From Camelus dromedarius (taxonomy: Eukaryota), in the NCBI RefSeq assembly GCF_036321535.1, contig NC_087436.1:32428001-32492000 (forward strand): 64,000 nucleotides of DNA. The letters run 5' to 3'. A program made the translations under genes and the position numbers. Shown here piece by piece: positions 11,490 through 22,749 of the stretch. Within the stretch, counting starts at the first letter, position 1; each line of letters starts with the position of its first letter. The notes beneath the pieces are model-generated. The model had not been told where the DNA came from, did not search any database, and saw nothing but the letters and a program-made list of their open reading frames with translations.

Positions 11490-14400
11490 TTTTTATTGAA
11501 GTATAGGTAAATTACAGTCTTTTGTTATTTTCAGGTATACAGAATAGTGATTCAGTATTTTTGCAGTTTATATTCCATTATAGGTTATTAGAAAGTGTTG
11601 GGTATAATTCCATATACTACATAGTAAATTCTTGTTGCTTATCTATTTTAAGTGTAGCGATTTGTATCTGTTAATCCCATACCCCTAATTCACTCCTCCC
11701 CACTTTCCTTTCCTCTTTGGTTACCATAAGTTTGTTTCCTCTCTGAGTCTGTTCCTGTTTTGTATATACATTCATTTGTATTATTTTTTAGAGTCCACAT
11801 ATAAATGATAACTTATAGTATTTGTCTTTCTCTGTCTGACTTATTTCACTAAGCATAATATATATTCTCTAGGTCCATTCACATTACTACAAATGGCAAT
11901 ATTTCATTCTTTTTTATGACTGAGTAATATTCCATTGTGTGTATATATAAAAATACACCATGTCTTCTTAATCCACTCATCTGTTGATGGTCACATGGGT
12001 TACTACTATTGTAAATATTGTAAATAGTACTGCTAGGAACATTGGGTTACATATATCATTTCAAATTGATGTTTTCATTTTTTTCCCCACATATATACTC
12101 AGCAGTAGAATAGCTGGATTATATGGTAGTTTGATTTTCAGTTTTTAAAGGAACCTACATACTGTTTACCATGTAATGACTGCACTATTATACATTCCCA
12201 CCAACAATATAGAGGTGTTCTGTTTTCTCCACATCCTCTCCAGCATTAGTTTTTTGATAATAGCCATTCTGACAGGTGTAAGGTGATTTCTCAAGTGGTT
12301 TTGATTTGCATTTCTCTAATAATTAGTGATGTTAAGCATCTTTTCATGTGCTTACTGGTCATTTGTGTGTTTTCTTTGGAGAACTGTCCATTTAGGTCTT
12401 CTGCCCATTTTTAAAATTTGTTTTGATCTGTTTCTTTTTATTATAATAATTTGCATGAGCTATTTGTATATTTTGGATATTAACTCCTTGTTAGTTGCCT
12501 CATTTGCAAATATCTTCTCACAGTCCACAGGTTGTCTTTTTGTTTTGTTGATGGTTTCCTTTTCTGTACAAAAGTTTTTAAATTTAACTAGGTCCCATTT
12601 GTTTATTTTTGCTTTTATTTCTTTTGCCTTGGGAGACTAATCTAACAAAATACTATGATTTATGTCAAAGAGTGTTTCCCCTATGTTCTCTTCTAGGAAT
12701 TTTATGGTATCATGTCTTACATTTAGATCTTTAAACCATTTTGAGTTTATTTTTGTATATGGCATTACAGAATGTTCTAATTTCATTGTTTTACATATGG
12801 CTTTCCAATGTTCCCAGCACCACTTGAAGAGACTGTATTTTCTCCCTTGTATATTCTTGCCTCTTTTTTTCTATATTGATCACAGGTACATGGGTTTATT
12901 CCTGGGATCTCTGTTCTGTTCCCTTGATCTCTATGTCTGTTTTTGTGCCAGTACCACGCTGTGTTGATTACTGTAGTTTTGTAGTATAGGCTGAAATTTG
13001 GAAGGATTATACCTCCAGCTTTGTTCTTTGGTCTCCAGATTGCTTTAGCAGTTATGGGTCTTTTCTGGTTTCATATACATTTTAGCATTATTTCTTCTAG
13101 TTCTGTGAAAAATGTCCTGGGTAATTTGATTGGGATTGCACTAAAACTGTAGATTGCTTTGGATAGTATGGCCATGTTGATATTGATTCTTGCATTTCAA
13201 GAGCATGGGATATTTTTCCATTTCTTTGACTCATCTTCAAATTCCTTTATCAGTGTTTTATAGTTTAAAGGGAATAGATCTTTCACTTCCTTGGTTAAGT
13301 GTATCCCTAGGTAGTTTATTTTTTTAAATGCTATTTTAAATAGGATTTTTTTTTATTCTCAGACGTTTCATTATTGCTATATAGAACACAGCAGATTTCT
13401 GTATATTAACCTTGTATTCTACAACTTCATTTATTAGTTCTAATAGTTTTTGGGTGGAGACGTTAGGGTTCTCTACCTAGAGTTTCATGTCATCTGTAGA
13501 AAGTGACAGTTTTAGCTCTTCTCTTCCATTTTTGATGCCTTTTTTTTCTTCTCCTTGTCTGATTGCTGTGGCTAGGAATTCCAATACTGTGTTAAATAGA
13601 AGTGGTGATAGTAGGCATCCTTGTCTTATTCCTAAATTTAGTAGGAAGGCTCTAGCTTTTAAAGTTGAGTTTATGTTCCTGTGTCATTGTCATAAATGTC
13701 CTTTATTATGTAGAGATGCTTCCTCTATGCCCACTTTGATGAGCATTTTTATCATGAATGGATGTTGAATTTTGTCAAATGCTTTTTTTGCATTTTCTGA
13801 GCTGATCATGTGGTTTTTGTCTTTTCTTTTGATAGTGTGGTGTATCACAATGATTGATTTGCATATGTTGAACACATCTTCATGATCCTGGAATAAATCC
13901 AACTTGATCATGGTGTATGATCCTTTGTATGTATTGTTGAATTCAGTTTGCTATTTTGTTGTGGAATTTTGCACATATAGCATATATATTCATCAAGGAT
14001 ATTGGCTTGGTTGGGTTTGTTTGTTTTTTGTTTTTGTTTTTGTTTTTGTAGTGCCTTTGTTTAGTTTTGCTATCAGGGTAATGGTGGTCCCATAAACATG
14101 AATTTGGGAGTGTTTCTTCCCCTTTAGTTTTTTGGAATAGTTTGAGAAGTGGAAGTATAAGTTCTACTTTGTTTGTTTGGTGGAATCCCCCAGTGAAGCC
14201 ATCCAGTCCTGGACTTTTGTTTTTAGGACATTTTTTGTTATTGTTTTTTTTAAATTACAGATTCTATTTCACTTCTAGTGATCAGTCTGTTCAAATTTTT
14301 GGTTTCTTCTTGAACTCAGTATTGACAGGCTGTATATTTCTAGAAATTTGTCCATTTCTTCTAGGTTGTCTGATTTATTGGCATATAACTGTTAATAGTA

Positions 14401-17400
14401 TTCTCTTAGGAGTTCTTATATTTCTGTGTTATCAGTTATTATTTCTCTTTCATTTCTTATTGTGTTTATTTGAGTCCTTTTTCTTCTTGAGCCTAGTTAA
14501 AGGTATGTCAATTTTGTTTATCTTTTCAAAAAATAAGCTCTTGGTTTAATTGATCTTTCCTTTTTGTTTTGATATCTGTAATTTCCTCTCTGATATTTAT
14601 TATTTCCTTCCATTTGTTGACTTTGAGTTTTATGTGTTCTCCTTTTTCTGATTCTTTTAGGTGGTAGGTTAGGCAGTTTATTTGAGATTTTTCTTGCTTC
14701 TTGAGGCTGGCCTGTATTACTGTGAACTATCTTCTTAGGGCTGTTTTTGCTGCATCTCATAGATTTTATCTGTTTTCATTTTTGTGTTGAGGTATTTTCT
14801 GATTCCTTCTTTGATTTCATCTTTGACCCATTGTTTTTTTAGTAACGTGTTGTTTAGTATCTACAGGTTCATTCTTTCCCCATTTTTCTTTCTGTGGTTG
14901 ATTTTTATTTTCTTACCATTGTGATCAAAAAAGATGCTTGAAATATTTTTTTGTTCTCTTACAAACTTCAGGCTTCTTTCATGACTCATTATGTGGTCTG
15001 TCCTAGAGAATGTTCTGTGAGTGCTTGAAAAGAATGTGTATTCTGATTTGTTTTTTGTTTTTTGTTTGTTTTTTTTTGGTTATAGTGTTCTGAACATATC
15101 AGTTAATTCCAGATAGTCTATTGTGTCATTTAGGACCTTTGTTGCCTTCTTGATTTTCTCTCTGGAAGATCTGTCCATTGATGTCTGTGGGGTGTTAAAG
15201 CCTCTTACTATTATTGTATTCCTGTCAGTTTCTCCCATTATGTCTGTTAGTATTTCTTTCATATGTTTAGGTGCTCCTATATTGGGTACATATAAGTTAA
15301 CAAGTATAATATCCTCTTCTTGCATTGGTCCCTTTATCATTATATAATGTCATTCTTTGTCTTTTTTATGGACTTTGTTTTAAAGTCTATTTTGTCTGAT
15401 ATTAGTATTGTTACCACCACTTTCTTGTCATTTCCATTTGAATGAAATAACTTTTCCCATCCCCTCACTTTCAGTCTGCATGTATCTTTCACCCTGAAGT
15501 GAGTCTCTTATAGGCAGCATATCGTAGGTTCTCATTTTTTATCCAATCTGCCATTCTGTGTCTTTTGATTGATTAGTCCATTGACATTTAAAGTAATTAT
15601 TGATAGGTATGTACTTATTACTGTTTAAAATTTTGTTTTCCAGTTGTTTTTTTAATTCATTTCTTTTTGTTTTTCCTTTTGTGTTTTTTTGTTTTTTTGT
15701 TTTTTTTTTTTTTAGTATGCTTGAGTTCCTTTCCTTTTGGTTTTTTGTGACTCTATTACAAGATTTTTATTAGTGATTACTCTGGATTTCAAGTATGTTG
15801 ACCCATAACTATGTCTACTTGTTTTAAACTGATAATTATTCAAGTTCAAACTTTTCTAAGAGATCAATATTTTTGACTCCCGTCCCCCATATTTTGTGAT
15901 TTTTATGTCCTATTTTGACATCTTCATGATTTATTCTAAAAGATTATGTTTTTACTCCCTTCCTCCACATTTCATATTTTTGCTGTCCTATTTTATGTCT
16001 TTGTGTTTATTCTTTTATTACTGTTTTTTTTGTATTTATAGTCACTTTCACTAATTTTTGTTTTTTTAATCTGTGTACTGGCTCATTTAAGTGATCTTCA
16101 GTTCTTACTATATATTTGTCTTTTGGGATTTTCCCTTTGTTTTAGATGTTGCTTCTTTTCCATTTAGAGAAGACCCTTCATTTCTTTTAGGGTAGATTTA
16201 ATATTGCTGAATTCTTTTTGTTTTTGCTTGTCTGATTAATTTCTTATTTGTCCTTCTATTCTAAATGATAATCTTGCTAGTTAGAGTATCCTAGGTTGCA
16301 GGTTTTGCCCTTTCAGGGCTTTGAATATATTATGCCATTCCCTTCTTTCTGCAAAGTTTCTGCAGAGAAATCAGCTGATGGTCTTATAGGGGTTCCCATT
16401 GTTTTTCTTTTACTGCCTTTTGAATTCTCTCCTTAACTTTTGCCATTTTAATTATGGCATGTGTTGGTGTGGGTCTTACAGGATTTATTTTAACTTTTTC
16501 TGTCTCTCTGAATTTAGGAGAAACAGTTATCTATTGTAGTCTTAAAAAGGTGTTTTTATGTGGAAGCATTCCTATGTTGACCGCTTGTGCCTGGTGTCTT
16601 CTGTGACTGTGCTGGATTCGATGTAGATGCTAGCTATGTCTTTTCTCAGGGTGTGCTGCCCATTACCACTTTGATAGTGTGTGTGGTTGGTCTTGAAGAA
16701 TCTTATGCATGAACAGGGTCTGAGGCAGTAATTCCTCTCTGCTCTATAGCTGTTGCTGCACTGTTGTAAGGGGCAGGATTTTCTCCCCAGTTGCTGGAAC
16801 ATAAACCCTGAGGGTCGGGCTTCAGCAGACTCTGTTCCCCTTGAGTGCATGTTTTGTTTCAAAGGAGAGGAGTGCTGAATTAATTGAGGCTCGTGTGCTC
16901 ACAGAGGTCTGATGTACTGCCTTTGTAGGCCTCTGTGACTCCACTCAGATGCAGCCCAAAGTTGGGTCACTTTCCATTATGGTTGTCCTAGATTTAGTGC
17001 ATGGAAGTGGGCAGTGCAGGAATGCTTGCTAGGCTCGGTGGGGACCCTGGCGTGCTGGCTGCTGTGGTTCTTGTTGCACCATTTAAGTGCCAACAATGGC
17101 CACCATCACGCCATCTGGACCACACGCATGCCCTTAGGCTGTCTCTGCCTAGCTAGATTGATTCTTTTTCCAGGAGCCAGCTGGCCCAGATCCTGAACCC
17201 AGCTGTGGTGTGGAATGAGTCGGGGCTGGAGTGTTTGTCCAGCTCAAGTTGGGGACTGTGGTGAGCAGCAGCCACCAGTGCAGAGCCCTCCTCATCCTGT
17301 CTTTTGGCAAGCTAGCACCCAGGCGTTGCTTGCAAGTGTAGTCTAGGCTTCTCCAGTCCTTCTTTCTTTCCCACTGCTTTTCCCTGGAGTCAAAGGGGCT

Positions 17401-17699
17401 TGACTCCCCAGCATAGGACCCCAGGACTGGAATGCCTAGTTTGTAGCTTGATCAGCAGGGTTCTTCCTGTTGGACCTTCTCTTCCTTTCAGATCCCTCCC
17501 AGGGGTGCAGGTCCCTACCTGATGCCTTTTTTTCCTTCCCACTCATTTACTTGGAAATCTCTCTTGCAGTGTTGATTGTATAGCAGTTCTGCCAGTTTCT
17601 TAGTTTTCCATGAGAATTGTTCCACCTGTTATGTATTTTTGATATGTCTGTGGGAGGAAGTGAGTTCCATGTCTGCTATCTTGATCTGACCACCCCCCC
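11490..17699 (-). mobile_element. Near-full-length degenerate LINE-1 (5'UTR about 16500-17699, partly deleted ORF1, ORF2, 3'UTR)
   Basis: Collinear ORF2 peptides MIKGPMQEEDIILVNLYVPNIGAPK (endonuclease) and [24 protein letters not shown] (RT); 3' end TTTTATTGAAGTATAG; 5' end GGGGGGGTGGTCAGATCAAGATAGCAG. Confidence 0.93.
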
Positions 17700-18059
17700 A
17701 TACTTACATTTTCTGGTGCATTCTTTTCCATGCACTTTTTTTTCATGAAGAATTCCCTGTTGGTATTACTTCTGGTGCAAATTTGCTAAGAGAAAGTTAG
17801 CTTTTGTATGAGTATTTTGCCTTCATTTGTGAAGGATTTTTCAGTGAGTATGGAATCCTAGATTGGTAGGGTTTTTTTGTTTTTACTTTACTATTTCAGT
17901 AGTGAAGATTTCAATCCTTTGTCTTCTAGATTCTATTATTTCTGTTGAGGAGTCAGCTATTAACTGGTCTTGGTGCTCCTTAGAGGGGTAATAGACTGTT
18001 ATGTTACAGCTTTTAAGATTTTCTCTTTATTTTCCAACAGCTTTACAATATTTTTAAAA

Positions 18060-18360
18060 CAGAAGATGGTCATTGTGTTGGAGCTTTGTGATGAATGGGA
18101 AACATAGTGAAACATGAGGTACAAGACATAATGGTATATAGATCATGCAGGACATTGAAAACTATGGTAAGAAGTTTGTGTTTTCCTTTGGCATGCTATG
18201 GAAATCCATGGAGTGTTCCAGTCGTCAGTGACATATATGATCTAATGCAAGTTTTAAAGGATCAGTTTGTGTTCTGTGTTGGGAATAGATGTCAGAAAGA
18301 ATTGTTAGTACACTATTGTAAGAATAGGTAAGATGATGGTGGCTTGGACTAAGTAGTGTA
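18060..18360 (-). mobile_element. LINE-2 fragment
   Basis: AGATCATGCAGGAC...ATGGTAAGAAGTTTG...AGATGATGGTGGCTTGGACTA typical of antisense L2. Confidence 0.6.
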
Positions 18361-18774
18361 AGTTTAATTTTTGAAATCATAAATGAGTAATGAAATAGTT
18401 TTTCAGCATCCTTTAAGATAATTATATATTTTTTCTTCCCTCATCTGTTAATGTGAGGAATGGCAGATTTTCTAACATTAAACCACTCTTTCATCCTTGA
18501 GATAAAACTAATTTTATAGTATATTTTTAACAAGTTTATGAATTCAGTATGCTAATATTTAGGAAATTTATAATTTGTTGTGTTTATGTTCATGATTGTA
18601 TTTGGAAAGTTACTGTGTTCCTCATATGGTCTTTTATGCTATGGTATCAAGAGTGTATTGTGAAACTGGCTTTATAAGACAAGTTAGGAAGTTGTCACTT
18701 TTCACATTTATGTTAAAAGGGACTTGTTCCTAGAATGTTTGTAAAAGTGGGATGAACGTTTGTTTTGTTTTTTT

Positions 18775-19230
18775 AGCTGAAGTATAGTTGAGTTACAATT
18801 TAAATTTCACATGTACAACATAGTGATTCATGATTTTTAAAAGTTGTATTTGACTTGTAGTTATAAAATACTGGCTATATTCCCTGTGCTTTACAATATA
18901 TCACTGTAGCTTATTTATTTTATATATAACAGTTTACACTGCTTAATCCCCTACTCCTATCTTACCCCAACCCCCAACTTCCCCCTTCCCCACTGGTAAC
19001 CACTAGTTTGTTCTCTATGTCTGTGAGTGTGGTTTTTTTTTTTTTTTTGATATATTTACTAGTTTATTTTTTAGGTACCACGTATAAGTGATATCATACA
19101 ATATCCTTCTCAGTCTGACTTATTTCACTAAGTAATATCATACAAGTCCATCCATGTTGTGGCAAATGGCAAGTTTTCATTTTTTATGGCTTAGTAGTAT
19201 TCCATTTTATGTATGTGCCACATCTTTTAA
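18775..19230 (-). mobile_element. LINE-1 3' end
   Basis: TGAAGTATAGTTGAGTTACAAT...TCTGACTTATTTCACT...TCCATCCATGTTGTGGCAAATGGC. Confidence 0.85.
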
Positions 19231-19239
19231 TGATTAATT

Positions 19240-20950
19240 ATTTTTTATTAAAGTGTAGTTGATTTACAATGTTAGCTTCAGGTATACAGAAAAGTGATTG
19301 TTATACATATATTTTTATATATATATATATTTTGTTTTCAGTTTCTGTTCTATTGTGTTATTACATAGAAACAGAATTTAAAAGAAATTGAATATAGTTC
19401 TGTTATACAGTATCCCTGTTTATGTATAGTAATGTGTATCTATTACTCCCAAACTCCTAATTTATCACTCCCCTGCCATTTCCCCTTCAATAACCATAGT
19501 TTGTTTTCAATGTCTGTGCATCTATTTTTGGTTTATAAGTAAGATTTTTTTAATATTCCACATATAAGTGATATTATATTTATCTTACTCTGACTTGACT
19601 TAATATGATAATCTCTAGGTCCATCCATGTTGCTACAAATGGCATTATTTCATTCTTTTTTATGGTTGAGTAATATTTCATTTTATACACGCACACACAC
19701 ACACAAACATACACACACCCCCACATCTTCTTTATCCATTCAGTGGACACTTAGGTTTCTTCTGTATCTTGGCTACTGTAAATCTGCTATGAACATTGGG
19801 GTGCATATCTTTTTGAGTTACTGTTTTCATTTTCTTCAGGTATATACCCAGGAGTGGAGTTGTTGGGTCATAATGGTAGTTCTACTTTTAGTTTTTGAGG
19901 AACCTCATACTGTTTTTCCACAGTGGCTGCACCAATTTATGTTCCCACCAACAGTGCAGGGGGTTCCCTTTGCACATCATCTCTAACATTTGTCTTTTTG
20001 ATCATAGACATTCTGATAGGTATTAAGTGATAACTCATGATGGTTTTGATTTACATTTCTCTGATTAGCACTGTTGGGCATCTTTTCATGTGCCTGTTGG
20101 CCATCTATATGTCTTCTTTGGAAGGACACCCATTCAGATCTTCTGCCCATTTTTTGATCGGACTTGTTTTTTGAGTTGTGTGAGTTCATATAGTTTGGAT
20201 GTTAACCCCTTATTGGTCATATTACTTGCAAGTATTTTTTCACATTCTATAGGTTGTCTTTTCATTTTGTTGATGGTTTCCTTTGCTGTGCAGAAGCTCT
20301 TAAGTTTAGTTAGGTCCCATTTGTTTATTTTTGTTTTTTTTCCTTTGCTTTAGGAGACAGATCCAAAAATATATTGGTATGATTTGTCAAAGAGTCTTTT
20401 GCCTGTTTTCGTCTAGTTTTATTGTTTTGGGTCTTTAATACATTTTGAATTTACTTTTGTACATGGTATTAGAGAATGTTCTAATTTCACTCTTTCCCAT
20501 GTAGCTGTCCAGTTTTCCCACCACTATTTATTGAAGAGACTGTCTTTTCTCCATTGTATATTCTTGCCTTCTTTTTTGTAGACTGACCATACATGTCTGG
20601 GTTTTATTTCTGGGCTGTCTGTCCTTTTCCACTGATCTGTGTCCTTTTTGTGTGCTGGTACCATACTGTTTTGATTGTAACTCTGTAGTATAGTCCAAAG
20701 TCAGGAATCATTCTTCCAGCTTTTTCTTTCTGAAAATTGTTTCCACTATTTGAAGTCTTTTGTATTTCCATGTAAATTTTAAAATTATTTGTTCTAGTTC
20801 TGTGAAAATTGCCATTGGTATTTATCTAGGGATTGCATAGTATGGTCTTTCCATCTGTGCTGTGTTCAGTTTATTTCATCATGGTCTTAGTTTTGAGTTC
20901 AAGGTATTTTACCTCCTTAGTTTTATTCCTAGGTATTTTATTCTTTTTGA
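19240..20950 (-). mobile_element. LINE-1 3'UTR plus ORF2 C-terminal region
   Basis: TTTTATTAAAGTGTAGTTGATTTACAATG start; continuous antisense ORF2 phrases. Confidence 0.88.
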
Positions 20951-21262
20951 TGGGCCATAAATGGAATTATGAACAGATTATTAACTCAAAATCAGTTTCT
21001 TTTAATGCTTATGTTTGTTTTCCTTAATTAACTTTGCTAGAGGCTTGTCTGTTTTAAAATATATATATTTTTTCAGATAGAGGTTTCAGTGTTGATTCTT
21101 TATGCCATTTGCTATTGATTTATGCTCTCGTTTCCTTCTTTCTTTATTTCTGATTTATTTAGGTTTTTTTTTTTTTTTTTGCTATTGTCTTTCTGCCTTT
21201 TTTGTGATATTCTCAGGTCATTATATTTTCAACCTCATTTTAAATATATGCATTAAAGCATA

Positions 21263-21554
21263 CAGGCATACCCAGAGCGATTGCAGGTTCCAGACCACTG
21301 TAATAAAGTGACTATCACAATAAAGTGAGTTGCACCAAGTTTTAGATTTTCCAGTGCATATAAAAGTTAAGTTCATGTTACACTGTAGTCTGCTAAGTGT
21401 GCAATAGCATTTGCACATCTAAAAAACATGTACATGCCTTAAGTAAAAAATGCTTTATTGCTAAAAATACCCTCATCTGACAATGCGTGGCTACGTAAAC
21501 CCTCAATTTTAAAAAACGGAGTATCTATAAAGCAAATAAAGTGAGGTACGCTTG
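21263..21554 (-). mobile_element. Internally deleted Tigger1 derivative (MITE-like, TcMar-Tigger)
   Basis: TA target duplications (21261-21262, 21555-21556), terminal inverted repeats CAGGCATACC / GGTACGCTTG, Tigger1-like subterminal sequence. Confidence 0.88.
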
Positions 21555-22749
21555 TATAAACTTTTGAATTAGTGCTTCAGTTGCATGTTATCAAGTTGCA
21601 TGTTATATTCAGATTTATTTAAAGGCTGCTGAGTGCTTATTTTCATTTTTGTTTACTGCAATGAAAGAAAGAGGAGATGCAACTTAAAATAGGTTTAAAT
21701 TGTCATTCAGTTAGAAGTATTTTCTAATTTTCATCATGATTTGATTTTTCTAGAAGTTCATTTTTTCAGTTCTAGCATATGGAATTTCTTTTGGCTTACA
21801 GTATCACTTTTTATAAATATTCCATGTGTACAGATTATGTAGTACAGATTGTGTAATTCTATTATACCTAGGTTTTAAAATTCTATTCAATTCTTTTTTA
21901 TACTTATTGCATACTACCAGTTATCACTGTTTTTGTGGGCCTAAACTTGTATGTTATTGTCAATTGCTTTATATATTTAGAGGCTGTTATTTCAGATTGT
22001 TAGGTTTCTGTTGAATTACTGTATCATTATTAAAACTCACTGTGCATCCCAACACTCCCTTTTCTTTCCACTTGAAGTCAGTTTTACCTGATGAGTGACT
22101 TAACAGTTTTTCTTTTGATTGGCATTTTCTAATATTTTTCATTAACTTACTTTCAACTACTACATCATTATATTTATTAAGTGTCTTGTAAATATTAATT
22201 ATAGTTCTTAAACTGGGAAGTTTATGGTATTTGAATTATATTACTATAACTACTGATACCTATACTTGTTATTTTATGATTTCTCCTTGTTTTTTGCTTC
22301 TCTTTGCCTTCAAGGTTTTCTTTACTACAAATGGTTTCTTTCCTAGTTATTTGCTCTTAATTGAACCTGAGCCTTGTTATCTCTAAAACCAATACACAAA
22401 TCCTTTTCAGTGAGGTTAAACAGGAGACCAAATGTACTTGTGCTCAACACAACTGGTTCTAATGGCCTTCTGGTATTTGCAGACTACATGAACATCCTGA
22501 ACCTATTTCTTTACATTTAAAGAGGGGGAGGTAGTTTGAGGATAAAGTATTAGGAGGAACTTAGAGTTAACAGACAACCCTTGTTCACCTCTGAAGGTTA
22601 GCAACTAACTCTTGTTTAATAACTAGGGATTGAGGAGTTTCTTTAAAAAAAAAAAAAAAGAGCAAATATCATCTCTAGTTTTCTCAGACTCAGGATAAGA
22701 TGAACAGGAAAGAACTGTCAACTGTTTCGTCTTCTAGACTTTGAAAGTA

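Noticed and set aside
12326..15347. Hydrophobic Phe/Leu-rich plus-strand ORFs resembling membrane proteins
   Set aside because: Antisense of A-rich L1 ORF2; compositional artefact
11490..17699. Active autonomous L1 or novel reverse-transcriptase system
   Set aside because: ORF2 is broken into short pieces by stops and frameshifts; ordinary dead LINE-1
21579..21606. Short direct repeats (AGTTGCATGTTAT x2; also near 43310 and 60250) as an array
   Set aside because: Only two copies each, typical slippage duplications; no repeat-spacer array anywhere in the window
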